DNA of 64,000 nt from Trypanosoma brucei (GCA_000002445.1 CP000071.1:192001-256000); one strand, 5' to 3'; shown: positions 9,734-18,606, counted from the first letter of the stretch. Notes: generated by a model from the sequence alone, not told the origin. A program made the numbers and translations.

Positions 9734-11347
9734 CTTATATATATTTATATGTACTTTGTGCTCGATTGTGTATGTGTGTGTGTTTGTGTTTGTTTCTCTC
9801 TCTGTCTGTGTGTGTGTTTCTTTACCTTTTACTCTTTTCTAAATGTATCGAAATTCTTCTTTTCTTTTCTTCCTTTTGTTTTTTTTTAATATTGAAGAAA
9901 AAGAAAAAAATATTTCTTTTTTATTTGTTGTATAAGTGCCCTCGGTGAAACAACCTTGGTATTTCTCCACACCACAATTTCTGTTTTTGTATGTTTTATT
10001 TTTTTCTTTTTTCTTTTTTTTCTGTTTGTTTGTTTTTTTATCGCTCTCAAACAGCGCAAATTCTATCGGGTTTTCTTTTTTTTTTTCTTCGTTCCTCTTG
10101 ATTTGTTGTTGTTTTTTTTCTTTTAATTTGGAGGGGGGAGTTGATATATAGATTTATTAAATTTTGTTTTTGTTTTGTTTTGTTTTCGAAAATTTCTCAC
10201 GGAGAAGATAAAAAAAAAGAGAAAGTGATAAGTGGCTACAAAAAAAAAAAGAGCTAAGAAAAGTAGTGGGAAGCTGTGAAAATAGATTTCACGTAAAAAA
10301 AAAAAAAGTATGCGTACAAAAAAAAATTCTTCTTTCTTCTGTTCTTCAGCAGCGGCGGCTGATTGTCTTCTTCCGCTTCCTGTTTAGTATCAAACAGAAA
10401 AGACCGGAGGATGACGGAGTGAGACAAAAAAAGGAAAAGAGAAACAAAGAATTTCGGAGTGTAACTTTATATTTTTGCTTTTGTTTGATTGTTTATTTTT
10501 TTCTACTTTTCCCTTTTTTGAAAAAAAATTCTCCTTTTGTTTTGTTTTGTATTCGCAAAAAAAAAAAAACAAAACTAGAGATGTACAGACAATGGCAACA
10601 ACAAAACAAAAATTGGAAACAAAAGGAAAGAAAAGCCTAGCAGGAGCAAAGTTACTGAGTGAAGACGAACTGTTCCTTTTCCTTGTCCTCGTTTCTGCTT
10701 TGTTGTCTATTTTTTTTTCTTTTTTCCTTTTTTTAAAAAAAAAGAAAAAGACTATCCTTCTTACAAGTAAAAGAAAAAACAAACGAGGTTAAAACCTCAG
10801 TGACCCGCTGTAAATAATCGAATAAGCGCGAATTACGTGTGATGTAATGTACGCGTGGCGCGTCAAATCGGGGAGGGGGATCACATCAACAATTGATAAC
10901 GGAAGGAAAGAAAGAGAGAAAATAAAAAGGAAGAAAAAAAAGTTCGTAAAGTGTCAGGAGAAACGCAGCAAAGACAGCAATGCAAAACAGTGGGCACATC
11001 ACACAACTTAAAAGAATTATTATGATCGTAATTATTAAGACAATTATATCTGAGTACAGTAACACTGCATATCCCACACACATTTCCACCACACAACAAC
11101 AATAACAATGGTTATCGACAGCGGTATTGGTGGCATAACCTCAGAAACAACAACATCGTGATAAGAACAAATACATTTGGTTCGCTCACACACCTTTAAG
11201 ACCAAGCGTATACGTCATGGAGAAAGAAAGAGTGAATATCAACAGGTATTTCCCCCCCCCGTTTAACACTCCCTCTTACGTCGTTGTTTTATTTATTTTT
11301 TTTAAAAAAGGGGGGGGCACAAAAAAAAAAAAAGAGGAATTAAACAC

Positions 11348-11830
11348 TCATTCAAAGGCATTTACGCATGATTCCACTACATTTAAGAGGTTTGTGTTTT
11401 CTAACGCAGCAGCCACACGTTCCTTGTCGCCAAGTTGTTTGTTTACCTGCTCCTCCTGTTCGTGTGATCCAGGTGTAACGCATATGTCAACTTTCATATT
11501 GCGCGGTAAGCACCTTTTGAGTTTGAGACCAATGCAAAGGCCAATTAGTGTGGTTAAACTGCAATGTGGAACTGTAGGAGTGAATTGGACACGCACCGTT
11601 TGTCTTTCCTCATCCACACTAATCAGTTTTGGGTCAACAACCTGAAGTTCCTCCAATGTATTGGGATGTTCCGGGTCACGAATGGTGCGAATCAGTTCAT
11701 AAATTTCCAACCCGTCGATGGGGTCCCTTACATCTTCGCAGAGTTCCTCCTTTTCCTGTTCAACTGTCCGTTTCCGCTTCCCCAAATTGCCGCGAAAGAC
11801 AGTGGGATTGGGATTGACGAGTTCCTCCAT
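11348..11830 (-). CDS. MIP18/FAM96 family (DUF59) protein, a cytosolic Fe-S cluster assembly CIA2-type factor
   Basis: [12 protein letters not shown]...[30 protein letters not shown]...[29 protein letters not shown]...[43 protein letters not shown]. The DPEHP and TPTVPHCS hallmarks and near-colinearity with human FAM96A/B are evident. Start is chosen at the internal ATG (11828-11830), because the upstream 22 codons of the track ORF ([15 protein letters not shown]...) are translated poly-T spacer. Confidence 0.8.
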   Translation of the reverse strand: MEELVNPNPTVFRGNLGKRKRTVEQEKEELCEDVRDPIDGLEIYELIRTIRDPEHPNTLEELQVVDPKLISVDEERQTVRVQFTPTVPHCSLTTLIGLCIGLKLKRCLPRNMKVDICVTPGSHEQEEQVNKQLGDKERVAAALENTNLLNVVESCVNAFE

Positions 11831-12634
11831 AACGAGACTAATTTCAGCACTCAAAAAAAAAAAATAATTAAAAAAAACAAACGGGCGCCACGACACACTT
11901 CACTCAACCCCTCCCCTCTTTTCCCTTGCGGCTACAGAAACAGTCCGCTAGAAATAATAATAATAATAATATTAATTGGAGGAAAATAATGGAGTAGTTG
12001 ACGAATGAGAAAACAGCAGACAGGGAAATAAAAGAAATACGTAAAAAGTTAATTAAATGATTTATTAACAACGAAAGTATCACACGCCGTTAGCTGAGCA
12101 AAGAAAGAAAAGAATCTGCCACAGACACGCGCACGCACGTACGACTCAAATAAAACCCAACTAACGGCGATGCAAAGAACAAACTCATTTACCGAAGATT
12201 ACATTCGTAAACTCAGGTTCGTTCTTTTTATTATTCGCGCTTATTTGATCCCTTCTTTATTTATTTCCCGTGACTCATCTCTCCCTATATCTTTTTTTTT
12301 CAAAAAAAAAAAATGAGTTCAGCTTTGCAGATGCCTGGCTGCCAACCACGTGCCGCAACATTATTTCCTCTCACTCCTCCCACATGCTCCGCGGTGGCGC
12401 CTCACGGGTTCCTCCCCACCCGTCAGCATTGCAAATGTATTCGATTCCTTTATTATTATTTTTTTTTCTTGTCCTTTAGTTTTTTGTATGTATGCAAGCA
12501 TGCACAGGCATTTATATTTAATTCGTTCAAAACCGATTTAGTGGGGCACGGAGGATGTTAACAGGAAACACTTTCACAGCCCACAACACCTTAGGGGAAA
12601 GAAAGAAAGGAGCGGAATAAAACTCGTTTTAGAA

Positions 12635-13396
12635 TTAGAACCGCCCCCGCTTCCGATCGTTATTATTTCCGTTAAAGTTTGGTTTCGACTTGTTCCGCGG
12701 GGGTTCCTGGACGCCCCTCTGCTGCTGTTTGCTCTGCTGGGCCACATGCCCTTCGGATTTGCCCACCTTTTGTTTCTTAGCGGGGGGTTCCTCGTCCTCA
12801 TCCTCCTCCTTTTCTTGATCATCATCATCCTCATCTTCATCTTCATCATCTTCATCTTCATCATCTTCGTCATCTTCATCATCTTCCTCATCTTCGTCAT
12901 CGTCATCGTCACTGTCGTCTGTACGATCTACGACCTGTTGGCGCTTCGTTGCTGCGTTACCGTTCTTTTTCCCGTCTGTGAGTGGTACGCCTGCCATGTC
13001 ATCACCATCATCCAATCCCGTGTCTTCCCCTTCTTCTTCCTCCTCCTCCTCCTCAGCGTTGTCGTATTCCCCACTTCCACTCAAAGCAGCGGAAAGCATT
13101 CCTTCCGACTCCTGCTGATACCCACAACAATGAAGAACAGCATTTCCCTTCACACGGAAGACAACTTCTTGTTCATAACCAAAAACGATATCGACGGGAG
13201 TTTGCATCAGTTGCTGAGAAACGTCAAGAGTGAGAAGAGAAAACGATTCACCATCAACTGTCACATACAACGTGCTGCGGCCCTTCACACCGTGCTTTAC
13301 AGAAACAACAGAAAGGTGAAATGAGTGATGCTTTTCCAGCACCAACTTGTGTTCCTTGCCCGGAACGACCTCGAAACCATGAAACATGGGCGCCAT
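12635..13396 (-). CDS. Nucleoplasmin-like (HD2/FKBP-NPL type) acidic nuclear protein with a basic C-terminal tail ending RKRGRF
   Basis: The N-terminus MAPMFHGFEVVPGKEHKLVLEKHHSFHLSVVSVKHG...STLYVTVDGESFSLLTLDVSQQLMQTPVDIVFGYEQEVVFRVKGNAVLHCCGYQ matches the plant HD2 / insect FKBP39 NPL pattern (FWG.EV.PG ... L.H.SQA ... L.V.V.......LGTLS ... DLVF..E.E.......GSVY..GY). It is followed by poly-Glu/Asp tracts and a Lys/Arg-rich end. Confidence 0.75.
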   Translation of the reverse strand: MAPMFHGFEVVPGKEHKLVLEKHHSFHLSVVSVKHGVKGRSTLYVTVDGESFSLLTLDVSQQLMQTPVDIVFGYEQEVVFRVKGNAVLHCCGYQQESEGMLSAALSGSGEYDNAEEEEEEEEGEDTGLDDGDDMAGVPLTDGKKNGNAATKRQQVVDRTDDSDDDDDEDEEDDEDDEDDEDEDDEDEDEDDDDQEKEEDEDEEPPAKKQKVGKSEGHVAQQSKQQQRGVQEPPRNKSKPNFNGNNNDRKRGRF

Positions 13397-14139
13397 TGCT
13401 TTCTCACTTTATGCTTTTCGGTAGAGCACAAACTTGAAAAAAATATCGGGTTTCAGTTACGAAAGTAAAAAAAACGAATAATCGGATAGAAGGGGAAAAC
13501 AAAGTAAAGGAGGGATTGAAACCAGCAATAAGAGTATTAAAGAAAAAAATTAGTAGCAGCAGGTCTTGGCAAACTGAACAGTTATCAATCAACCCAATAG
13601 GCCATAGCCACCTGCAAGAAAAAAGAAGGGAGGGTCAATAAACAGAAAACTAATGCGAAGAGAACACACACCACACGTCCAATGATTTAAAAAAAAACAA
13701 AAGAGAATTGCACAGGCACATGACCCCGCACTTCACTCAAACATTAACTACCTGAAGGAAAGAAAAAAACAACATACAACGAATTACGTCACACCCTATA
13801 ACATAACATCATCATCGAAAGTACAAGTTCGCATGCCTTAGTACAACCAAAAATTAAATTTTATATCGTTACAAATGGTCAACCAACCAAAAGACACGAA
13901 AATAGATTATTCAAGATGCAATTTATGAACAGTTTGAAACGCAATCAACAAAAACAGAGAAAGATTCGCAATAAGATTTAACATATCGACTAAAAACGAA
14001 AAAAAAAAGATCAATTAGTTGTGGCCTACAAGCAAACAACAACAAATTTACAAACGATGATAGAGCAAAAGGAACAACAATATTCCAAGAGGATTAATAA
14101 CTGAAGTGAAACAACAGGTCATATTACAAAGAGCGCCAG

Positions 14140-14199
14140 NNNNNNNNNNNNNNNNNNNNNNNNNNNNNNNNNNNNNNNNNNNNNNNNNNNNNNNNNNNN
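14140..14199. other. Assembly gap (60 N) inside a NOPP44/46 gene copy
   Basis: A literal run of n. The flanks do not join colinearly: the left flank is unique sequence and the right flank resumes inside the NOPP N-terminal domain. Confidence 0.99.
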
Positions 14200-14469
14200 A
14201 GTCAAATGCACTGAGCCAGAACCCGTGGCGGAAAGAGTGGTTCCCTGCTCTGCGGTTAACACGAGGTCGATGCCCATTTGAAATAGGCTCCGCTTGGGGT
14301 CAAGCGTGGCAATGGTAAATTCCTTCCCCTGAAAGGATATCACAAGAGTAATAGCACCACTTGCATTCGCAGGCACAGCAATTTGTGTGAGACGAAGTAC
14401 GTGGTCTTCGGGTATCTTCGGTTTGACCTTCTGCCCGGCACTCACTTCAACACCGTAGAAACCCTTCAC
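14200..14469 (-). CDS. NOPP44/46-type gene copy, N-terminal NPL-like domain only. It is truncated by the assembly gap, and its canonical start codon is replaced (ATG GAG GGT becomes GTG AAG GGT), so it is a possible pseudogene or has an alternative start.
   Basis: It encodes ...VKGFYGVEVSAGQKVKPKIPEDHVLRLTQIAVPANASGAITLVISFQGKEFTIATLDPKRSLFQMGIDLVLTAEQGTTLSATGSGSVHLT, identical to residues 2-90 of the 16921-17907 gene, and then runs into the Ns. The 5' flank (14470-14870) is unrelated to the 5' flanks of the other copies. Confidence 0.5.
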
Positions 14470-14870
14470 AAATGTTAAATGCAATACGCCTTTACTAATG
14501 GAAAATACAAAATGAATCGGAGACAACGGTGAAAGCATAGATAAGGGAAAGCGTAACACTGACGTACGCTACCAAACAATAGGCAAACACAGGGAAAAAA
14601 CACAGTCACATTCAATGTGTCGAAACCTCTGTGTTTTTCTGTTACCAAGCCACCTCCATGACAGGCAAATCATGTCACATCACGAACGCTTTCATTTTCG
14701 AACGCTTAATTACCATTATAGAAGCCCAAATAATCATTATTTCTACCCCACCCAATCCCATTTATGTCTCAGTTTCTTCTTCGCTCGTAAAATATCTCTG
14801 CATTTAGATGCGTTACCGATGTTTTCGTTGCTAAAACACATACTAACAAATAACAACAAATATTTACCAC

Positions 14871-15195
14871 AACTGAAGGTAGAGAAATGTGGTCGCTCAA
14901 GCGGTGCATGTCAGTACAAGCACAAACATTAATAACAATATCACAATTTCTCCATGCCTCCACGTGCAACACAACATCCGAACATGAGGGGATATATCGT
15001 CATCACACGTATCAATCATAGAACACGAGTGTAATAAGAGGTTAGCCTCGTAGTCAAATGCATAAACGGGAATAATAATGAGGCATATATCACGTATTCC
15101 ATAAGATTACTCTCTCAGTTACAACAATGCGGCACATCACATGGCACATATATCATTTTTAGTAACGACCCCTCCCAGAGTTCCCGCCGCGGAAT
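14871..15195. repeat. Copy 1 of a repeated 3'-flank/3'-end module of the NOPP array (about 325 bp shared by three gene copies)
   Basis: The string caactgaaggtagagaaatgtggtcgctcaagcggtgcatgtcagtacaagcacaaac...catttttagtaacgacccctcccagagttcccgcc recurs near-identically at 16633-16957 and 18296-18606. Confidence 0.9.
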
Positions 15196-16259
15196 CCACC
15201 TCTATTCCAGACCGCATTTGTTCCGCCTCTTCCGCTGTAAGGGGGCAGAGTGCGAGATGCATCGTTTAGGTGGTGATTTGGTGGGAAAGGATAGTTGTTT
15301 CGGCTGGAATAGGGATGAAAACCCCTATTTATTGCAGCAAACCCCCTTCCTAACAAATTGCTTGACATTCCTTGCCACTCACCCCCGCTATACAAGTACC
15401 TTTCTTCATTGGTATATCCCCTTCTCATTTCACCATTTGCTTGCCCTCTATACCCGCCACCCATGTAACCTCTTCCCCTACTTGAATACCCACCTCTCCC
15501 GTACCCTCTGTTCATTCCCAACTGATCCGCTTCATGGATTGGTTCATTATAAATGGCACCGAAACCACCTTGGGAAGAAGTGCTATTTATTCTCTGACGT
15601 CCACGTTGCCTGAAAAAACCCTGATGAACACCGCCGTACCCTCCTTCACCGTTGTAACGAAAGTAACCTCCCCGACGATATCTATGCTCATCCACGTGTT
15701 GTTCGTTGTGAAACTCGACTCCTCCCTCATGCCTAATTTTTGAAGGTCGCTCTTCGCCCTTATCGCCTCTCTTCCCAATTTTTTCCACACCATCATCAAC
15801 GCTCACAATACCTTCAACATCATAGTCACTTTCGCTGGTATTGTTTGAACTTTGCACTGATGTTTTACAAGCGGGCGCTACGCCACGAAAAGGCGGCGGC
15901 GCCATTTTCTCGAATGGGACACCACTGCAAATCTCACCACCGCAACTTGACTCACCATCCGTAACATTCTCAATAGGTTGTATATATCCAGTCACATGCA
16001 CTGAGCCGTTGCCAGTGGCGGAAAGAATAATATTCTGCTCTGCTTTAATCACAAGGTCAATCCCCATTTGCGATACATTCCTCACAGGATCAAGAGAAGC
16101 GATAGTAAATTCTTTACCCTGAAGGGAAACGACAAGAGAGACGGCATCACTTGTATTCGCAGGCACAGCAATTTGTGTGAGACGAAGTACGTTACCCTCC
16201 GGTATCTCTGGAATAACTTTCTCCCCGACGCTCACTTCAACACCGTAGAAACCCTCCAT
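15159..16259 (-). CDS. NOPP44/46-related paralog. It keeps the NPL-like N-terminal domain, has no acidic tract, and ends in a Tyr/Gly/Arg-rich low-complexity (RGG/YG, FUS-like) tail with RGGNSGRGRY.
   Basis: The N-terminus MEGFYGVEVSVGEKVIPEIPEGNVLRLTQIAVPANTSDAVSLVVSLQGKEFTIASLDPVRNVSQMGIDLVIKAEQNIILSATGNGSVHVTGYIQP is about 75% identical to the NOPP copy at 16921-17907. The tail is ...YRRGGYFRYNGEGGYGGVHQGFF...NRGYGRGGYSSRGRGYMGGGYRGQANGEMRRGY...NRGGFRGGNSGRGRY. The last ~12 codons and the 3' flank are identical to the NOPP copy. Confidence 0.8.
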   Translation of the reverse strand: MEGFYGVEVSVGEKVIPEIPEGNVLRLTQIAVPANTSDAVSLVVSLQGKEFTIASLDPVRNVSQMGIDLVIKAEQNIILSATGNGSVHVTGYIQPIENVTDGESSCGGEICSGVPFEKMAPPPFRGVAPACKTSVQSSNNTSESDYDVEGIVSVDDGVEKIGKRGDKGEERPSKIRHEGGVEFHNEQHVDEHRYRRGGYFRYNGEGGYGGVHQGFFRQRGRQRINSTSSQGGFGAIYNEPIHEADQLGMNRGYGRGGYSSRGRGYMGGGYRGQANGEMRRGYTNEERYLYSGGEWQGMSSNLLGRGFAAINRGFHPYSSRNNYPFPPNHHLNDASRTLPPYSGRGGTNAVWNRGGFRGGNSGRGRY

Positions 16260-16486
16260 TGCTGCCGATTGGAATGTAATTTATCTATCACCATTGCAAG
16301 TAAAAAATAATATAAACGAAAAAAGAAAACAAAACGGCACATGTTTCACGAAGCAGAAGGAGAATAGTCAAAAAAATTCAAAAAAAAAGATGTTAGGGCA
16401 ACGTAGCGCCATCTGGACAACCAGAAGCCGCAACTTCAGAAACTCCGAACGATCATTCTTACGATAGTAACGCTAGGAAGAATTCA

Positions 16487-16957
16487 CTCTCATCATTATC
16501 CTTTGTTATCATTATTATTCTTATTCACGCTGATTCATCGTTTATATTTTCTCTCCTTATATTACTCAACCATTTCTTTAGTGTCCTCTAACGCTGTCCA
16601 TAATTTCAAGCGCAAGAAAAACGTTGCACTACAACTGAAGGTAGAGAAATGTGGTCGCTCAAGCGGTGCATGTCAGTACAAGCACAAACATTAATAACAA
16701 TATCACAATTTCTCCATGCCTCCACGTGCAACACAACATCCGAACATGAGGGGATATATCGTCATCACACGTATCAATCATAGAACACGAGTGTAATAAG
16801 AGGTTAGCCTCGTAGTCAAATGCATAAACGGGAATAATAATGAGGCATATATCACGTATTCCATAAGATTACCCTCTCAGTTACAACAATGCGGCACATC
16901 ACATGGCACATATATCATTTTTAGTAACGACCCCTCCCAGAGTTCCCGCCACGGAAG
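16487..16957. repeat. Copy 2 of the array intergenic/3'-end repeat (about 470 bp shared with 18149-18606; the 3' 325 bp is also shared with 14871-15195)
   Basis: Direct comparison of the three regions. It starts at ctctcatcattatcctttgttatcattattattcttattcacgctg... Confidence 0.9.
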
Positions 16958-17907
16958 TTGCCGCGATTCCCGCCACGGAAGTTACCACGGTTTCCTCCAC
17001 GATCCCCGCCACGGAAGTTGCCACGGTTTCCTCCACGATCTCCGCCACGGAAGTTTCCACGGTTTCCTCCGTTACCACTTCGGTCTCCGCCGCGGAAGTT
17101 TCCACGGTTTCCTCCACGGTCTCCGCCACGGAACCCTCCGCGATTACCACCGTTACCGTTTCGGTCCCCACCACGGAACCCCCCGCGATTACCACCACGG
17201 AACCCTTGTTGCTCAGTGCGTTGCACTTTACTGGCTGGCTCATCATCATCATCGTCATCATCATCATCATCATCATCATCGTCATCGTCATCGTCATTAT
17301 CATTATCATTATCATCTTCTTCATCATCGTCATCGTCATCGTCATCGTCACTGTCGTCTTCATCGTAGGCTTCATCATCATCATCATTGTCGTCTTCGTC
17401 ACCCGCGTCAATTCCTTCATTGTCCTTTTCAATACCTTCCTCGTCATCGGATTCGTCGTCTCCATCGACGCCGTCACCATTTGCTTCATCGGAATTCTCT
17501 TCGCTTACAGGAAACTTGGCAGATTTCCCTCCTCTTTTCGGGGGAACTCCGTAGGATTCCATATCTTCAGCATCCACCTCATCGAGATCATCTTCCTCAT
17601 CAAAATCACTTCCATCATCAACAGGTTGAACGTATCCAGTCAAATGCACTGAGCCAGAACCCGTGGCGGAAAGAGTGGTTCCCTGCTCTGCGGTTAACAC
17701 GAGGTCGATGCCCATTTGAAATAGGCTCCGCTTGGGGTCAAGCGTGGCAATGGTAAATTCCTTCCCCTGAAAGGATATCACAAGAGTAATAGCACCACTT
17801 GCATTCGCAGGCACAGCAATTTGTGTGAGACGAAGTACGTGGTCTTCGGGTATCTTCGGTTTGACCTTCTGCCCGGCACTCACTTCAACACCGTAGAAAC
17901 CCTCCAT
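16921..17907 (-). CDS. NOPP44/46: Nucleolar phosphoprotein NOPP44/46-type: NPL-like N-terminal domain, long Asp/Glu tract and C-terminal RGG/RGN repeats
   Basis: MEGFYGVEVSAGQKVKPKIPEDHVLRLTQIAV...GSVHLTGYVQP, then an acidic region (over 40 consecutive Asp residues encoded by GAT/GAC repeats), then roughly 11 RGGF/RGGN/RGNF repeat units, ending GGNSGRGRY. This domain order matches the described T. brucei NOPP44/46. Confidence 0.85.
   Translation of the reverse strand: MEGFYGVEVSAGQKVKPKIPEDHVLRLTQIAVPANASGAITLVISFQGKEFTIATLDPKRSLFQMGIDLVLTAEQGTTLSATGSGSVHLTGYVQPVDDGSDFDEEDDLDEVDAEDMESYGVPPKRGGKSAKFPVSEENSDEANGDGVDGDDESDDEEGIEKDNEGIDAGDEDDNDDDDEAYDEDDSDDDDDDDDDEEDDNDNDNDDDDDDDDDDDDDDDDDDEPASKVQRTEQQGFRGGNRGGFRGGDRNGNGGNRGGFRGGDRGGNRGNFRGGDRSGNGGNRGNFRGGDRGGNRGNFRGGDRGGNRGNFRGGNRGNFRGGNSGRGRY
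16945..17215. repeat. Coding minisatellite: periodic repeats of about 30-36 nt encoding the (GGDRGGNRGNFR)n RGG box
   Basis: Recurring ccgccacggaagttgccacggtttcctccacgatc units on the plus strand. Confidence 0.85.
17241..17365. repeat. Coding trinucleotide repeat (ATC/GTC on plus, equal to GAT/GAC, encoding poly-Asp)
   Basis: catcatcatcatcgtcatcatcatcatcatcatcatcgtcatcgtcatcgtcattatcattatcatt... read directly. Confidence 0.9.
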
Positions 17908-18148
17908 TGCTGCCGATTGGAATGTAATTTATCTACCACCATTGCAAGACAAAGTCAGGTATTGCGAGGAAAGAGAGAAAAGGTTACAAACTCCAAGGGG
18001 CAAAGAGTAAAAAATACAAAAAAAAACACCGCCATCGGACAAAACACACAAAATGAAAGTGTTATTACCCAAAAGTAAGTACCAGGAAACAGATTCCATT
18101 ATATGCAAAGCGACCTATCACCTTCTTCCACATCCTCTGTCCCTCCCA

Positions 18149-18606
18149 CTCTCATCATTATCCTTTGTTATCATTATTATTCTTATTCACGCTGATTCAT
18201 CGTTTATATTTTCTCTCCTTATATTACTCAACCATTTCTTTAGTGTCCTCTAACGCTGTCCATAATTTCAAGCGCAAGAAAAACGTTGCACTACAACTGA
18301 AGGTAGAGAAATGTGGTCGCTCAAGCGGTGCATGTCAGTACAAGCACAAACATTAATAACAATATCACAATTTCTCCATGCCTCCACGTGCAACACAACA
18401 TCCGAACATGAGGGGATATATCGTCATCACACGTATCAATCATAGAACACGAGTGTAATAAGAGGTTAGCCTCGTAGTCAAATGCATAAACGGGAATAAT
18501 AATGAGGCATATATCACGTATTCCATAAGATTACCCTCTCAGTTACAACAATGCGGCACATCACATGGCACATATATCATTTTTAGTAACGACACCTCCC
18601 AGAGTT
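18149..18606. repeat. Copy 3 of the array repeat, ending in the last 8 codons of a further NOPP copy and then a gap
   Basis: Identical to 16487-16945 except for occasional single-base differences (for example gacacctccc versus gacccctccc). Confidence 0.9.
18583..18606 (-). CDS. 3'-terminal fragment (…NSGRCRY-stop) of an additional NOPP44/46 copy whose body is lost in the assembly gap
   Basis: The minus strand reads aactctgggaggtgtcgttactaa, giving N S G R C R Y stop, colinear with the C-terminus of the 16921-17907 gene. The 60 N follow immediately. Confidence 0.45.
   Translation of the reverse strand, partial: NSGRCRY

Noticed and set aside
10836-11060. Possible C/D-box snoRNA (tgtgatgt ... 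ctga)
   Set aside because: The boxes are about 200 nt apart, there is no exact UGAUGA, and no terminal stem. It is kept only as a low-interest finding and not called as a feature.
12574-12912. Minus-strand ORF MTMTMTKMRKMMKMTKMMKMKMMKMKM...
   Set aside because: It is an out-of-frame reading of the acidic (GAn) tract of the 12635-13396 gene, and it is a periodic artefact.
16945-17215. Regularly spaced 30-36-nt repeats as a CRISPR-like array
   Set aside because: This is a eukaryotic sequence, and the repeats are in-frame coding units of the RGG box with no unique spacers.
16903-17652. 249-aa plus-strand ORF (poly-Ile/Val) and the overlapping 136-aa PRFPPRKLPRF ORF at 16958-17368
   Set aside because: These are antisense translations of the GAT/GAC and RGG-coding repeats of the NOPP44/46 gene. 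They are pure low-complexity and lie on the wrong strand for the transcription unit.
14871-18606. The 325-470-bp repeated module as a transposable element (RIME/ingi/SIDER-like)
   Set aside because: The copies occur only as flanks of tandemly duplicated genes in the same orientation, and they include the genes' last codons. That is segmental tandem duplication, not a mobile element. No terminal repeats or RT/endonuclease remnants are present.
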